The notes under the pieces were generated by a model. It was not told where the DNA came from. It worked only from the letters and a program-made list of their open reading frames with translations, and did no database searches. This document shows positions 52,901-64,000 of a stretch of DNA of 64,000 nucleotides, in pieces. Numbering within the stretch: the first letter of the stretch is position 1; every line of letters begins with the position of its first letter. A program made the position numbers and the translations under genes. Location of the stretch: the NCBI RefSeq assembly GCF_964355755.1, contig NC_092670.1:34088388-34152387 (forward strand). Direction: 5' to 3'. This DNA comes from Antedon mediterranea. Its lineage: Eukaryota; Animalia; Echinodermata.

Positions 52901-55900
52901 CCTATTTCACAATATTCTCCAGTATATTCTTCTGTACATGCACATACAGGCTCTAAGAATGATTGTTCTCCAGGACGTGTGTTGCAAGCTGCTCCATTTT
53001 TACAAGGAGTTGGTAAACATGGGTTCCTTATTTCACCTAAAATTAAAAAATGAAGAAAATGTATACTATATGTTCACAAACAGATCTTTTAGTCCGATTT
53101 TTGATGTAAAAATAAAAATAAGTTACTTACAATCGCTTCCCAAATACTCTTCAGTACAACTACATGTATAAGTTGAGAAATCAATCATATTACATTCTCC
53201 ACCATTCAGACACGGTTGTGATTTACAAGGATCAACAACTAAAATTTGTTTAAACAAATTACTTACTTATTAATTATCCGCATTCAAATTTTAATCATAG
53301 TGAAATTATCAAAAAAGTTATCTGGAGTATTTATTACCTTGACTGAATATGAACAAAAGTCCTGACACATGAGCCAAAATATGTACATCATGCTTACAAT
53401 ATTGTTTAAAATAGTTACATACCTTCATCACAATATTCACCAGTGTATCCCTCCGTGCAATGGCATACAACCTCCAAGGAGGAAGATCCAGGACCAGAAT
53501 GCATTGTGGTACAAGTTGCTTCATTCTCACAAGGAGATGGAACACATGGATTCCTTAATTCACCTAATTAAAAAAAATTTTAATTTTAAAGTAGGAAAAA
53601 AAACTAGGATATTGATATTAAATTGTATAAATATACCCAATATACAAGATCCTTTGTTAGGCATTGATCACGGAGGCGAAATACATAGGCTAATAAAATA
53701 AAATCGCAAAATAAACGAAATAGTTGGAAATGTAAAATTGCAAAAATGAGGGCAGCAAAGATTGTGGGCTTTACAGTATAATCAACTTGAGCAGTCATTA
53801 GCGATTTCATGCATTGTCTTTCTTAATGGTGGCCATCATGTTCACAGAAAACATAATATAAAACAAGTCATTGGGAGTGGAGTTGTTTTTTCCATGATAA
53901 AAATCCTGAAATCTGACAGGATTTGACTCCAGGACAATGTGATAGTTAGTCAACTTATAACCACGATTAAAGCCACAACTTGGTACATTGTGCATTGATC
54001 AGGTGAAGCATCAGAGCCAAAATGAGTAAAAACTAAACTCATATAATAAGAATCTGGGAAAAATACAAATTAACCAACCCTCTTTTTTACTTGCACCCCT
54101 TTAGTCAGATTGTAAGATCATGCAATGAACATATCGAAATATACTTACAATTGTCACCTTTATACTCTTCAGTACAGTGACACATATAAGTTGATGAATC
54201 AATCATGTCACACTGACCGTTATTTTGACAGGGATTCGATTCACAAGGATCTACAACTACATACAATAACAAAAGGAACATTACTCCAACTCTTTAGCTA
54301 ACTAAACTCAAACTCTGTCTACACTATCAAATTATTTTGACAAAAGAAGTGTGGTGCCCAAATATGGTAGTGATATGTCATCGTGTCCACATAAAGTTTT
54401 ATAGTGTAGACAGAGCTTACAAATGTTCAAACGAGTTTGAACGAATAAAACACAAATAGTATACAAAACATTAAAATTGATGTAAAAAACATACCTTGAT
54501 CACAAAGCTTTCCAGTGTATCCTTCTATGCAAGTGCATTCAAATTCAAATGGAGTTTGTTGGCCTGGTGGGCTAGCATTAAGTATGTCACAGAACAGAGC
54601 ATTAACACAAGGGGAGGGCATGCATGGGTTCACTAACTCACCTACAAAAAAAAATTAAACAAAACTTAATACTTAAATTTCTTTATAATACAATTCAATA
54701 ATTCATAAAACATATAAATATTTTTAAAACACGGTACCCAGAGTCGTTGCTTTTGGGGATTTTAAAGGAATGCTCTTAGATTTAAAATATGTGAACAAAA
54801 ACTAATAAACATTTAGAGAAAAATATTTTTAGATTTGTCTAACAATAGAGGAATTTCTATGGGTTCATTTCATGTTGAATGACATGAGAGAACAGAATTG
54901 TTGAATGAAGAACAGGTACTTACAACTGTCACCCAAATACTCTTCAGTACAGATACAATTGTACGTTGTTGAATCAATCATATCACAGTCGCCACCATTC
55001 AGACATGGTTGTGATTTACAAGGATCAACAACTTAGAAGAAAAAGCACAATGACTATGAGTGTTTGTCTAAGACAAATAACAAAAGGATGTTATAAAAGG
55101 GTGTTAATACTATAATTATTTAAAACCAAAACATACCTTCATCACAATATTCTCCCTCATAGTCTTCAGTACATTCACATACAGCCTCATAACGTGATTG
55201 TTCTCCAGGACGTGTGGTGCAAGCAGCACCATTTTTACAAGGAGATGGTGAACATGGGTTCCTTATTTCACCTGAGATAAAATAAATAAATTAATGTACT
55301 CTAAACTGAAAAAAAAATACTTTAAAACATCTTTTATTCCAAATTTATTTATTTATTCTACCTATAATAATAATATTTTAAAGAAAACTTAAATGTTTAT
55401 GAAGAAGAAGAAAATTAAGTTACTCACAATTGCTTCCCATATACTCTTCAGTACAACTACATGTATAAGTTGAGAAATCAATCATATTACATTCTCCACC
55501 ATTCAGACACGGTTGTGATTTACAAGGATCAACAACTAAAAAGAACAATTTATCATATCTAGGGCTATTAATGCAGCTCTGACATGGGAATTTGAATTTG
55601 AAATTTAATATAAAAACTCTTTGTCTAAAATATAGTAATCAATATTACTTCAACAAAACCAATACCTTCATCACAATATTCTCCCTCAAATTCTTGTGTA
55701 CATTCACATACAGCCTCATAGAATGTTTGTCCAGATACTGTGGTGCAGGCAGCTCCATTTTTACAAGGAGATGGTGAACATGGGTTTCTTAATTCACCTG
55801 AAATTGAAGAGAAAAATGAATAATATATTACGAAAGTAAAACTTATAAACTAAAACATATTTGATACTAATTTTTTATGAAGAATGAGAAAATTTAAAAT

Positions 55901-58900
55901 AAAATTACTTACAATCCTCTCCCAAATACTCTTCAGTACAACTACATGTATAAGTTGAGAAATCAATCATATTACATTCTCCACCATTCAGACAAGGAGA
56001 TGATAAGCATGGGTTTCTTAGTTCACCTGAAATAAAGGAGAGAAACTAAAATGTATGTTTATATAACTGCCCTAAAAATAAAAAAATAACATCCGGGATC
56101 CCGCCGGAATCCTGATTACCCATCGCCGTACCAGGATTTTCATCGGGAGTCATAAAAAATCAGGATTTTTGGTCGGGATCCTGATAGACGTCCTGATCGT
56201 TTGAGAATCCTGATTACCCATCCCGTACTGGGATTTTTGGTCGGAAATGTCAGGATCCGGAACGACGTCCCAAGTTTGTTTTTGAATCCCTATTACATAT
56301 ACCATACCGGGATTTTCAGGATCAAATATCCCGTTTTGTCCATGAAAACTCAGTATTTTTATCTGAATTCGTGAAACAACAAGATTTTCCAATCATAGAT
56401 ATCCCGTTTCTCATTTTTTATTTGAACGAGATCCTGAATGCTAGAATTCCTACAGTAAAATATGAGACTTTGACTAAAACATCCGTTTGTTGTTGGTTTC
56501 CATAACGTAAAACAACACAGCATCTTTTATTCCCAATGTTGATAAAGAAAAAAAAAATAAAATTATAACAATTACTCACAATTGCTTCCCAAAAACTCTT
56601 CGGTACAACTACATGTATAAGTTGAGAAATCAATCATATTACATTCTCCACCATTCAGACACGGTTGTGATTTACAAGGATCCACAACTTTAAGAAAGAC
56701 AATCATAAACCGATATAAATTCAAAAGAGAATACAATACTTGTAAGAATATGTTAATTTCAACAATTTATGCAAAAACATACCTTTATCACAATATTCTC
56801 CCTCATAATCTTCAGTACATTCACATACAAACTCTAAGGTTTGTCCAGATACTGTAGTGCAGACAGCTCCATTTTTACAAGGAGATGATGAACATGGATT
56901 TCTTAATTCACCTGAAATAAAATGTATATTATATAACTGTATATAACGTAACTAAAACAACTTGTCTTAAAACAACTTTTATTCTCAATGTTTATAAAGA
57001 ACAAAATATAAAACCATATAAATTACTTACAATCGCTTCCCAAATACTCTTCAGTACAACTACATGTATAAGTTGAGAAATCAATCATATTACATTCTCC
57101 ACCATTCAGGCATGGTTGTGATTTACAAGGATCCACAACTATATAGAAATAAAATCATAAAACCGATATAAATTCAAAAGAGAATACAATACTTGTAAGA
57201 ATATATGTTAACTTCAATAATTTAAGTAAAACATACCTTCATCACAATATTCTCCCTCAAATCCTTCAGCACATATACATACAGCCTCTAATGGTGTTAG
57301 TTCTCCAGGACGTGTGGAGCAAGTAGCACCATTTTTACAAGGAGTTGGTATACATGGGTTCCTTATTCCACCTGAAATAAAGGAGAGAAAAAATAATATA
57401 TTATGTAAGTGAAATTTATGACCTGAAACATGTTTTAATCTAATTGTTGAAGAAGAAGAATATTTGAAAAAAATTTTCTTACAATCGTCTCTCAAATTAT
57501 ACTCTTCGGGACAACCACATGTATAAGTTGTTGAATCAATCATAGCACATACTCCACCATTCAGACACGGTTGTGATTCACAAGGATGCACAACTAAAAT
57601 GATAAATTTATCAGATGTCATACAATATTCTGAAGAATTTCACATTAGAGATGCAAACATATATAGGGCTATATGGTGAAGACCTGACAGACACTGAACT
57701 AGAAATTTAGTGTACAAAATCAAAATGTTTGTCTACTAAAAATACAGTATAGAACTTTGAAAAAGTTAATATTACTTTAACAAAAGCAAAACATACCTTC
57801 ATCACAATATTCTCCCTTAAATCCTTCAGCACATATACATACAGCCTCTAATGGTGTTAGTTCTCCAGGACGTGTGGAGCAAGTAGCACCATTTTTACAA
57901 GGAGTTGGTATACATGGGTTCCTTATTCCACCTGAAATAAAGGAGAGAAAAAATAATATTATGTAATTGAAATTTATGACCTGAAACACGTTTTAATCTA
58001 ATTGTTGAAGAAGAATAATATTTGAAAATAAAATTACTTACAATCGTCTCTCAAATTATACTCTTTGGTACAAATACATGTATAAGTTGTTGAATCAATC
58101 ATATTACATTCTCCACCATTCAGACACGGTTGTGATTTACATGGATCCACAACTATATCAAAACGAAAAAAAAAAATCCAATACAATTTTGTGTACAGAA
58201 TATAATATTATAAATATAGTTAAGTAACGATGAAACAATTTGTGTTAGGAAAAAAAAGAAAAAACCTAGACTGAAAATATTGAAGAATGACTGTAGTTAG
58301 GTAACATGTACAAAACCCCCAAAAAAAACATACCTTCATCACAATATTCTCCCTCATAGTCTTCAGTACATTCACATACAAACTCTAAGGTTTGTCCAGA
58401 TACTGCGGTGCAGACAGCTCCATTTTTACAAGGAGATGATAAACATGGGTTCCTTATTTCACCTGAAATAAAAGAGAGAAAATATATATATTATGTATAT
58501 TATGTAAGTGAAATATATATAACCTAAAACATATTATATTCTAATTGTTTAACATTTAAAGGTAAAATTACTTACAATCACTTCCCAAATACTCTTCAGT
58601 ACAACTACATGTATAAGTTGAGAAATCAATCATATTACATTCTCCACCATTCAGACACGGTTGTGATTTACAAGGATCCACAACTATAAAGAACAATTTA
58701 TCAGATGTCACAAACTATTCTGAAGAATTCCACATTAGAGATTAAAAAATATCTAAGGCTATTTGATGTGAAGATCAGAATCTGACATGGAATTTGATTT
58801 GGAAATTTAGTATTTTAAATCACAATATTTTTCAGAAATACAGTATAGTTATTATGACTTCAAGTCAAAACATACCTTCATCACAATATTCTCCCTCATA

Positions 58901-61900
58901 GTCTTCAGTACATTCACATACAAACTCTAAGGTTTGTCCAGATACTGCGGTGCAGACAGCTCCATTTTTACAAGGAGATGATGAACATGGGTTTCTTATT
59001 TCACCTGAAATAAAGGAGAGAAAATATATATTTTATGTAAGTGAAATGTATAACCTAAAACATCTTATATTCTAATTGTTGCTGAACATTTAAAAGTAAA
59101 ATTACTTACAATCACTTCCCAAATACTCTTCAGTACAACTACATGTATAAGTTGAGAAATCAATCATATTACATTCTCCACCATTTAGACACGGTTGTGA
59201 TTTACAAGGATCAACAACTATATCAAAACGAAAAAAAAAAATCATATTAAAAAGTACATAAATAATTTTGTGTACAGTAAATAATATTATAAATATAGTT
59301 AAGTAACGATGGAACAATTGAAAAAAAAAACGAAAAAACCTAGACTGAAAATATTGAAGAATGACTGTAGTTAGGTAACATGTACAAAACCACCAAAAAA
59401 CCATACCTTTATCACAATATTCTCCCTCATAGTCTTCAGTACATTCACATACAAACTCTAAGGTTTGTCCAGATACTGTAGTGCAGGCAGCTCCATTTTT
59501 ACAAGGAGATGATGAACATGGGTTGCTTATTTCACCTGAAATAAAGGAGAGAAAATATATAATATATAGTATGTAAGTGAAATGTATAACCTAAAACATC
59601 TTATATTCTAATTGTTGCTGAACATTTAAAAATAAAATTACTTACAATCCTTTCCCAAATACTTTTCAGTACAACTACATGTATAAGTTGAGAAATCAAT
59701 CATATTACATTCTCCACCATTCAGACACGGTTGTGATTTACAAGGATCCACAACTAAAAAGAACAATATATATTCACTATTCATATTCATTTTTTTAATA
59801 ATCCACATGAAATCAATTACATATCATGGTCAGAGGTAATTTTTAACTCTTTTTTTTAAATACACAAGTATAAAAATCTTAAAACAATTACAAAAAACCT
59901 AAACTCTAAAATTTGATATTGCAGAAAAAACAAAAACAAAATCGTTGAAAGAAAATTAGACAGCCAGAATATAAAAATATTTAAGGGGGTTATTGTGTAA
60001 CTGAGTATAAAACGGAATAGGGCTATTAAAAAATCTACTAGTTTTAAGTTTGGGTTGAGATAGTTTGTCAACATTATGTCATTTTCTACTGTGTAATTAG
60101 AGTCTAGTGGGAAGAATTGAATTAGCAGAATGATTTGTAAAGACAAGATTTTTGGCAAAAATAAGACAATGATCTGCTCTCCTTTTAGCGAGAGAATCGA
60201 GTTTGCAAATAGCTTTGGCATGATCATTGAAATCTTGTCCCATAATATTACAACAAACTCTCTTCTGGATAGATTCTAGTTTAGCACTAAGCGACTTGGT
60301 AAGACCGGATGCCAAATAGCATCGGCATACTCTATAACCGGTCTAATGTATCCAGTATAACTGGCACAAAGTTCTTCAATGGATAGCCCATCTTTTAAAG
60401 ATTTTAAAACTTTTTCTATTTTCCCAAAGCCTATATTAATAATATGGCTATTTAAATCATTTTGGACACTGATTCCAAGAATTAAAGCTTCATCACATAA
60501 ATTGATATCACCAATAAAAAAGCGCTATTCAGGAATATTGCACTTAGAAAAACATGTCTGGAACAATTTATCCGATGTCATACAATATTCTGAAAAATTT
60601 CACATTAGAGATGCAAACATATCTAGGGCTATTGGCAAAGACCTGACACTGAACTAGAGATTGGGTATCTGAACTCACAATGTTTGTCTACTAAAAATAC
60701 AGTACATAACTTGTAAGGAGGTGAGTAAAGTTACTTCAACAAAACCAAAACGTACCTTCATCACAATATTCTCCCTCATAGTCTTCAGTACATTCACATA
60801 CAAACTCTAAGGTTTGTCCAGATACTGCGGTGCAGACAGCTCCATTTTTACAAGGAGATGATGAACATGGGTTGCTTATTTCACCTGAAATAAAGGAGAG
60901 AAAATATACAATATATTATGTAAGTGAAATGTATAACATCTTATATTCTAATTGTTGTTGAACATTTAAAAGTAAAATTACTTACAATTCTTTCCCAAAT
61001 ACTCTTCAGTACAACTACATGAATAGGTTGAGAAATCAATCATATTACATTCTCCACCATTCAGACACGGTTGTGATTTACAAGGATCCACAACTTTAAG
61101 AAATAAAATCATAAACCAAAATAAATTCAAAAGAGAATACAATATTTGTAAGATGTTAATTTCAACAATTTAAGTAAAACCATACCTTCATCACAATATT
61201 CTCCCTCATATTCTTCTGTACATTCACATACAGCCTCCCAATGTGGTAGTTGACCAGGACCTGTGGTACAGGCAGCTCCATTTTTACAAGGAGTTGGTTT
61301 ACATGGGTCCCTTATTTCACCTAAGATTAACAAAATGTATAGTATTTAACAGAAAGTCATGACCTAAAAAATGTTGTTTGTTAATAAGAGTACAAAATTG
61401 TTTAAAAAAATTAAATTACTTACAATCGCTTCCCAAATACTCTTCAGTACAACTACATGTATAAGTTGAGAAATCAATCATATTACATCCTCCACCATTT
61501 AGACACGGTTGTGATTTACAAGGATCAATAACTAAAATGAACAATTTATCAAACCATTCCAAATTAAAGAAAAATATCTAGGATTTGATGAAGATCTGAC
61601 ATGTGAATATGAATTACATAATTGAATATCTAAACTCACAATGTTTGGCTAAAAATAATACAGAACTTGTAAGGATTCAGCTACACTATTGTTTTAACAA
61701 AACCAAAACATACCTTCATCACAATATTCTCCCTTATAGCCTTTTGTACACTCACAAACAGCCTCGTAGCGCGATAGTTGTCCAGGGAATGTGTCGCAAG
61801 CAGCTCCATTTTTACAAGGAGATGGTGAACATGGGTTCTCTAATTCACCTGAAGTAAAAAAAAAATAAACCAAAATGTATTCTGTGTAACCTAGCCTAAA

Positions 61901-64000
61901 AAAAGTTTGTTGATAGAGAATAAAATTGTTATTATTAAACGATCTAATTACTTACAATTGTCTCCCAAATACTCGTCAGCACATTTACATGAATAAGTTG
62001 AGAAATCAAGCATAACACATTCTCCAGCATTCATACAAGGTTGTGATTTACAAGGATCCACAACTAAAAAGTAAATAATACTAATATTTAGATAGTCAGT
62101 AGTCTAGATTTTAGATGGCACTTCAACTTAATATTGATGAAAAGATAAATATTTTGGCACACATGGCCTTTCATATGTATAATACTTGAGTTGGAAGTTT
62201 AGATAATCATAATCCAATGCAGATATTACCTAACAAAGTATGTCTAGACTACTACACAATTCAACAATGTTTTGTGTCTCCAGATCCTTACTACACGCTC
62301 AAAACACAGACATAACCAATAATGACCAATGCTGTGCATATCATTATGTATGTTAAAATCATTTTTGGATAATGGATAAATATGTTTTAAGATGTGAAAA
62401 ACAGTAAAGGCATTCGGCCAACAGAGACTAAGTATGCTGTAATCCAGGTAAATAAATATTCAAAAGTAAGCTAGGGTTAAAGTAAATTAAATTCAAGCAA
62501 CTTAACATATGTTATGATGAATGGCAGCATTTCACTTGTAATGACCGCCACACCACCAGTCGTCCTAATAATGTGTCTTGGATACAAAGTGAAGCAATGC
62601 CAATCATCATAACATAAGTACCATTGCTTAGATTTTATTTTACTAATAATAATTTACACAGACCAACAGTAACTATAAGTGGAAAACTGCCTAACTTGTT
62701 CCACCTAAAATTAGTATCTATCTTGAGTGGGTTTTCTGGTCAACCAAATGGTCATAAGAAATAATGTAGATTGTTTTCTGCTTATCGTTTACCGTTTACT
62801 GCTACTGCTCGTCTATGTATATTGGCCTTTGTGACGGTGGTAATTAAACATGAATATACAAAAAAAACCCATACCTTCATCACAATAATCTCCTGTGTAA
62901 GAATCAGTACAATGACACACAGCCTCTAAAGATGATTCTTCTCCAGGGCGTGTGGTGCACCTACCAAAATGATTACATGGAGATGGCGAACATGGGTTTC
63001 TTATCTCACCTTAAAATTGAATAAAATAAATAATCTGTCAATCAACAGGGTAATACATCAATATCAATCAATATAAAATAAAAACAAAAGTACAGATAAC
63101 ATTTTCCAAAAATAATACATAATAAATGAAAAAAGGGGTAACCCACTGGAAGCTTCTATATCATGTTAATATATAATTGGCTCAGGCTATATATTGTGAC
63201 AGTATTGTAGTTTATAAAAATTTCAAAACTGATGAGATTTAATAAGATTCAAAGAGAACAGTTATGATATATTTTGAAAACATTAAAGATACAAATTAAG
63301 GAAAAAAATGATTACATTTGTCACCCAAATACTCTTCAGTACAACTACATGTGTAAGTTAGAAAATCAACCATGCATTCGCCACCATTCAGACACGGTTG
63401 TGATTTGCAAGGATCCACAACTAAAAAAAAATGGTTAGTTACATTATTTTAAATCCAGTAATTGCCTAACAAAATTAAGTTTATATTACATCTAACTACA
63501 AAATCCCTAATAATGTATTGCCATCTTAATACAGTATGACTAATTAATGTACATGTACGGTACAGATCCCAATAAGCCTAGAGGGCTTCAAGCCCAAAAG
63601 AGCTTCAAGCCCAAAAAAGCTTCAAGCCCAAGAGAGCTTCAAGCCCAAGAGAGCTTCAAGCCCTAGAGAGCTTCAAGCCCAAGAGTGCTTCAAGCCCTAG
63701 AGAGCTTCAAGCCCAAAAGAGCTTCAAGCCCTAGAGAGCTTCAAGCCCAAGAGAGCTTCAAGCCCAAGAGAGCTTTAAGCCCAAGAGTGCTTCAAGCCCT
63801 GGAGAGCCCACGAGAGCTTCAAGCCCAAGAGTGCTTCAAGCCATAGAGAGCTTCAAGCCCTAGAGAGTTTTAAGCCTCAGTTTCAGCAGAACAAAATACT
63901 ACTAGTAATAATAGTAAAATTCTAAAAATAACTCACCTTCTCCACAATATTCTCCAGTGTATCCTTGCTTACATGAACATTCAAATCCTTTTGAAGAATC
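43961..64000 (-). CDS. Giant tandem-EGF protein (fibropellin/Notch-like EGF array), 3' part only: at least 47 EGF exons plus terminal exon
   Basis: Exons (plus coordinates; A, B or H=hybrid): 63937-64000A partial, 63316-63420B, 62875-63009A, 61956-62063B, 61714-61848A, 61424-61531B, 61186-61320A, 60986-61093B, 60756-60884A, 59646-59753B, 59407-59535A, 59110-59217B, 58876-59004A, 58576-58683B, 58334-58462A, 58042-58152B, 57797-57931A, 57483-57593B, 57237-57371A, 57031-57138B, 56783-56911A, 56580-56687B, 55913-56026H, 55666-55797A, 55428-55535B, 55137-55271A, 54924-55031B, 54495-54641A, 54149-54256B, 53423-53563A, 53131-53238B, 52902-53036A, 52633-52740B, 52226-52360A, 51639-51746B, 50841-50972A, 49751-49858B, 49491-49628A, 49269-49376B, 48627-48761A, 47884-47991B, 47614-47742A, 47411-47518B, 46657-46809A, 45795-45902B, 45053-45181A, 44339-44482, terminal 43961-43989. 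All complete EGF exons have lengths divisible by 3 and are phase 1-1. Confidence 0.9.
44755..44990 (+). mobile_element. Degenerate tRNA-derived SINE (CORE-like body)
   Basis: B box GGTTCAAATCC, then TCCTTAGGCAAGACAATTTAC...CCTCCACCCAGGTGTACAAA. Confidence 0.55.
46053..46648 (-). mobile_element. Internally deleted Helentron-like copy
   Basis: Aligns by eye to 25575-26000 and has the same CTAG and GTTATCCGC..GCGGATA termini. Confidence 0.65.
48830..49136. mobile_element. TTAA Kolobok-like MITE with a paralogous empty site
   Basis: TTAA|AGATGTATTGTCCCCC...GGGGGACAATACATCT|TTAA; the paralogous intron at 57430 reads catgttTTAAtctaattg. Confidence 0.9.
49943..50264. mobile_element. TTAA Kolobok-like MITE, opposite orientation to 48830
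   Basis: TTAA|AGATATATTGTCCCCC...GGGGGACAATACATCT|TTAA. Confidence 0.85.
50570..50685. repeat. Short palindromic (hairpin) interspersed element
   Basis: AATAGTACAAATAATGGCA..GGTGAATGATGAAAGGTTATAT / ATATAACCTTTCATCATTTACC..TGCCAATATTTGTACCATT. Confidence 0.65.
52015..52152 (-). mobile_element. tRNA-derived SINE head with tandemly duplicated B-box segment
   Basis: Minus strand GGAGCTGTAGCTTGGTGGTTAACATGC..., then (CCAGGGTYCAATCCTGACCTAGTG) x3-4. Confidence 0.55.
56066..56500. mobile_element. GC-richer intronic insertion with GGATC/GATCC motifs
   Basis: Interrupts an intron whose paralogues (e.g. 56912-57030) lack it; internal duplicate AATCCTGATTACCCATC. Confidence 0.55.
59771..60560 (-). 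mobile_element. 5'-truncated LINE (L2/CR1-group ORF2 3' end), frameshifted
   Basis: Minus strand encodes [37 protein letters not shown], typical of the post-RT region. TSD GAACAAT(A/T)TA at 59761 and 60561; paralogous introns are empty. Confidence 0.8.
63575..63877. repeat. 17-bp minisatellite, about 17 copies
   Basis: GAGCTTCAAGCCC(A/T)AGA. Confidence 0.92.

Noticed and set aside
52200-62100. Repeat-spacer look of the minus-strand array
   Set aside because: The conserved blocks are in-frame EGF exons with GT-AG boundaries, and the spacers are homologous introns.
43961-64000. Calling the gene Notch, Delta/Jagged, Crumbs or fibropellin
   Set aside because: No LNR, TM, ankyrin, DSL, LamG or avidin domain follows the EGFs, and the Ca-binding consensus is lacking.

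Overview
AT-rich animal genomic DNA with spliceosomal introns, not a prokaryotic window. The repeat landscape and frequent TAGGCCTA motifs suggest a marine invertebrate, possibly an echinoderm (inference). Two large intron-rich genes converge tail-to-tail around 40-44 kb. (1) Plus strand, 2703-40308: a hand-assembled 22-exon model of about 1212 aa for a type II membrane protein with the order short tail (NPxF) - TM - SEA (GSVVV cleavage motif) - Thr-rich mucin stalk - EGFx3 - Frizzled CRD - EGFx2 - Frizzled CRD - EGFx6, and no protease domain. (2) Minus strand, >64000 to 43961: the 3' part of a very large EGF-array gene with 46 complete and 1 partial one-EGF exons. These alternate between two types (A/B), and the sixth Cys codon of every B repeat is split across an intron (T|GT or T|GC). 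The array shows its own turnover: near-identical duplicated units, a chimeric A/B exon, a deletion scar with an orphan acceptor, a GC donor, and TE insertions datable against paralogous empty sites. Introns and intergenic DNA hold many non-autonomous transposons (TTAA Kolobok-like, TWA Harbinger-like, 9-bp-TSD Mutator/Academ-like, Helentron-like), a LINE fragment, SINEs and minisatellites. All coordinates were read by eye and need RNA-seq confirmation.
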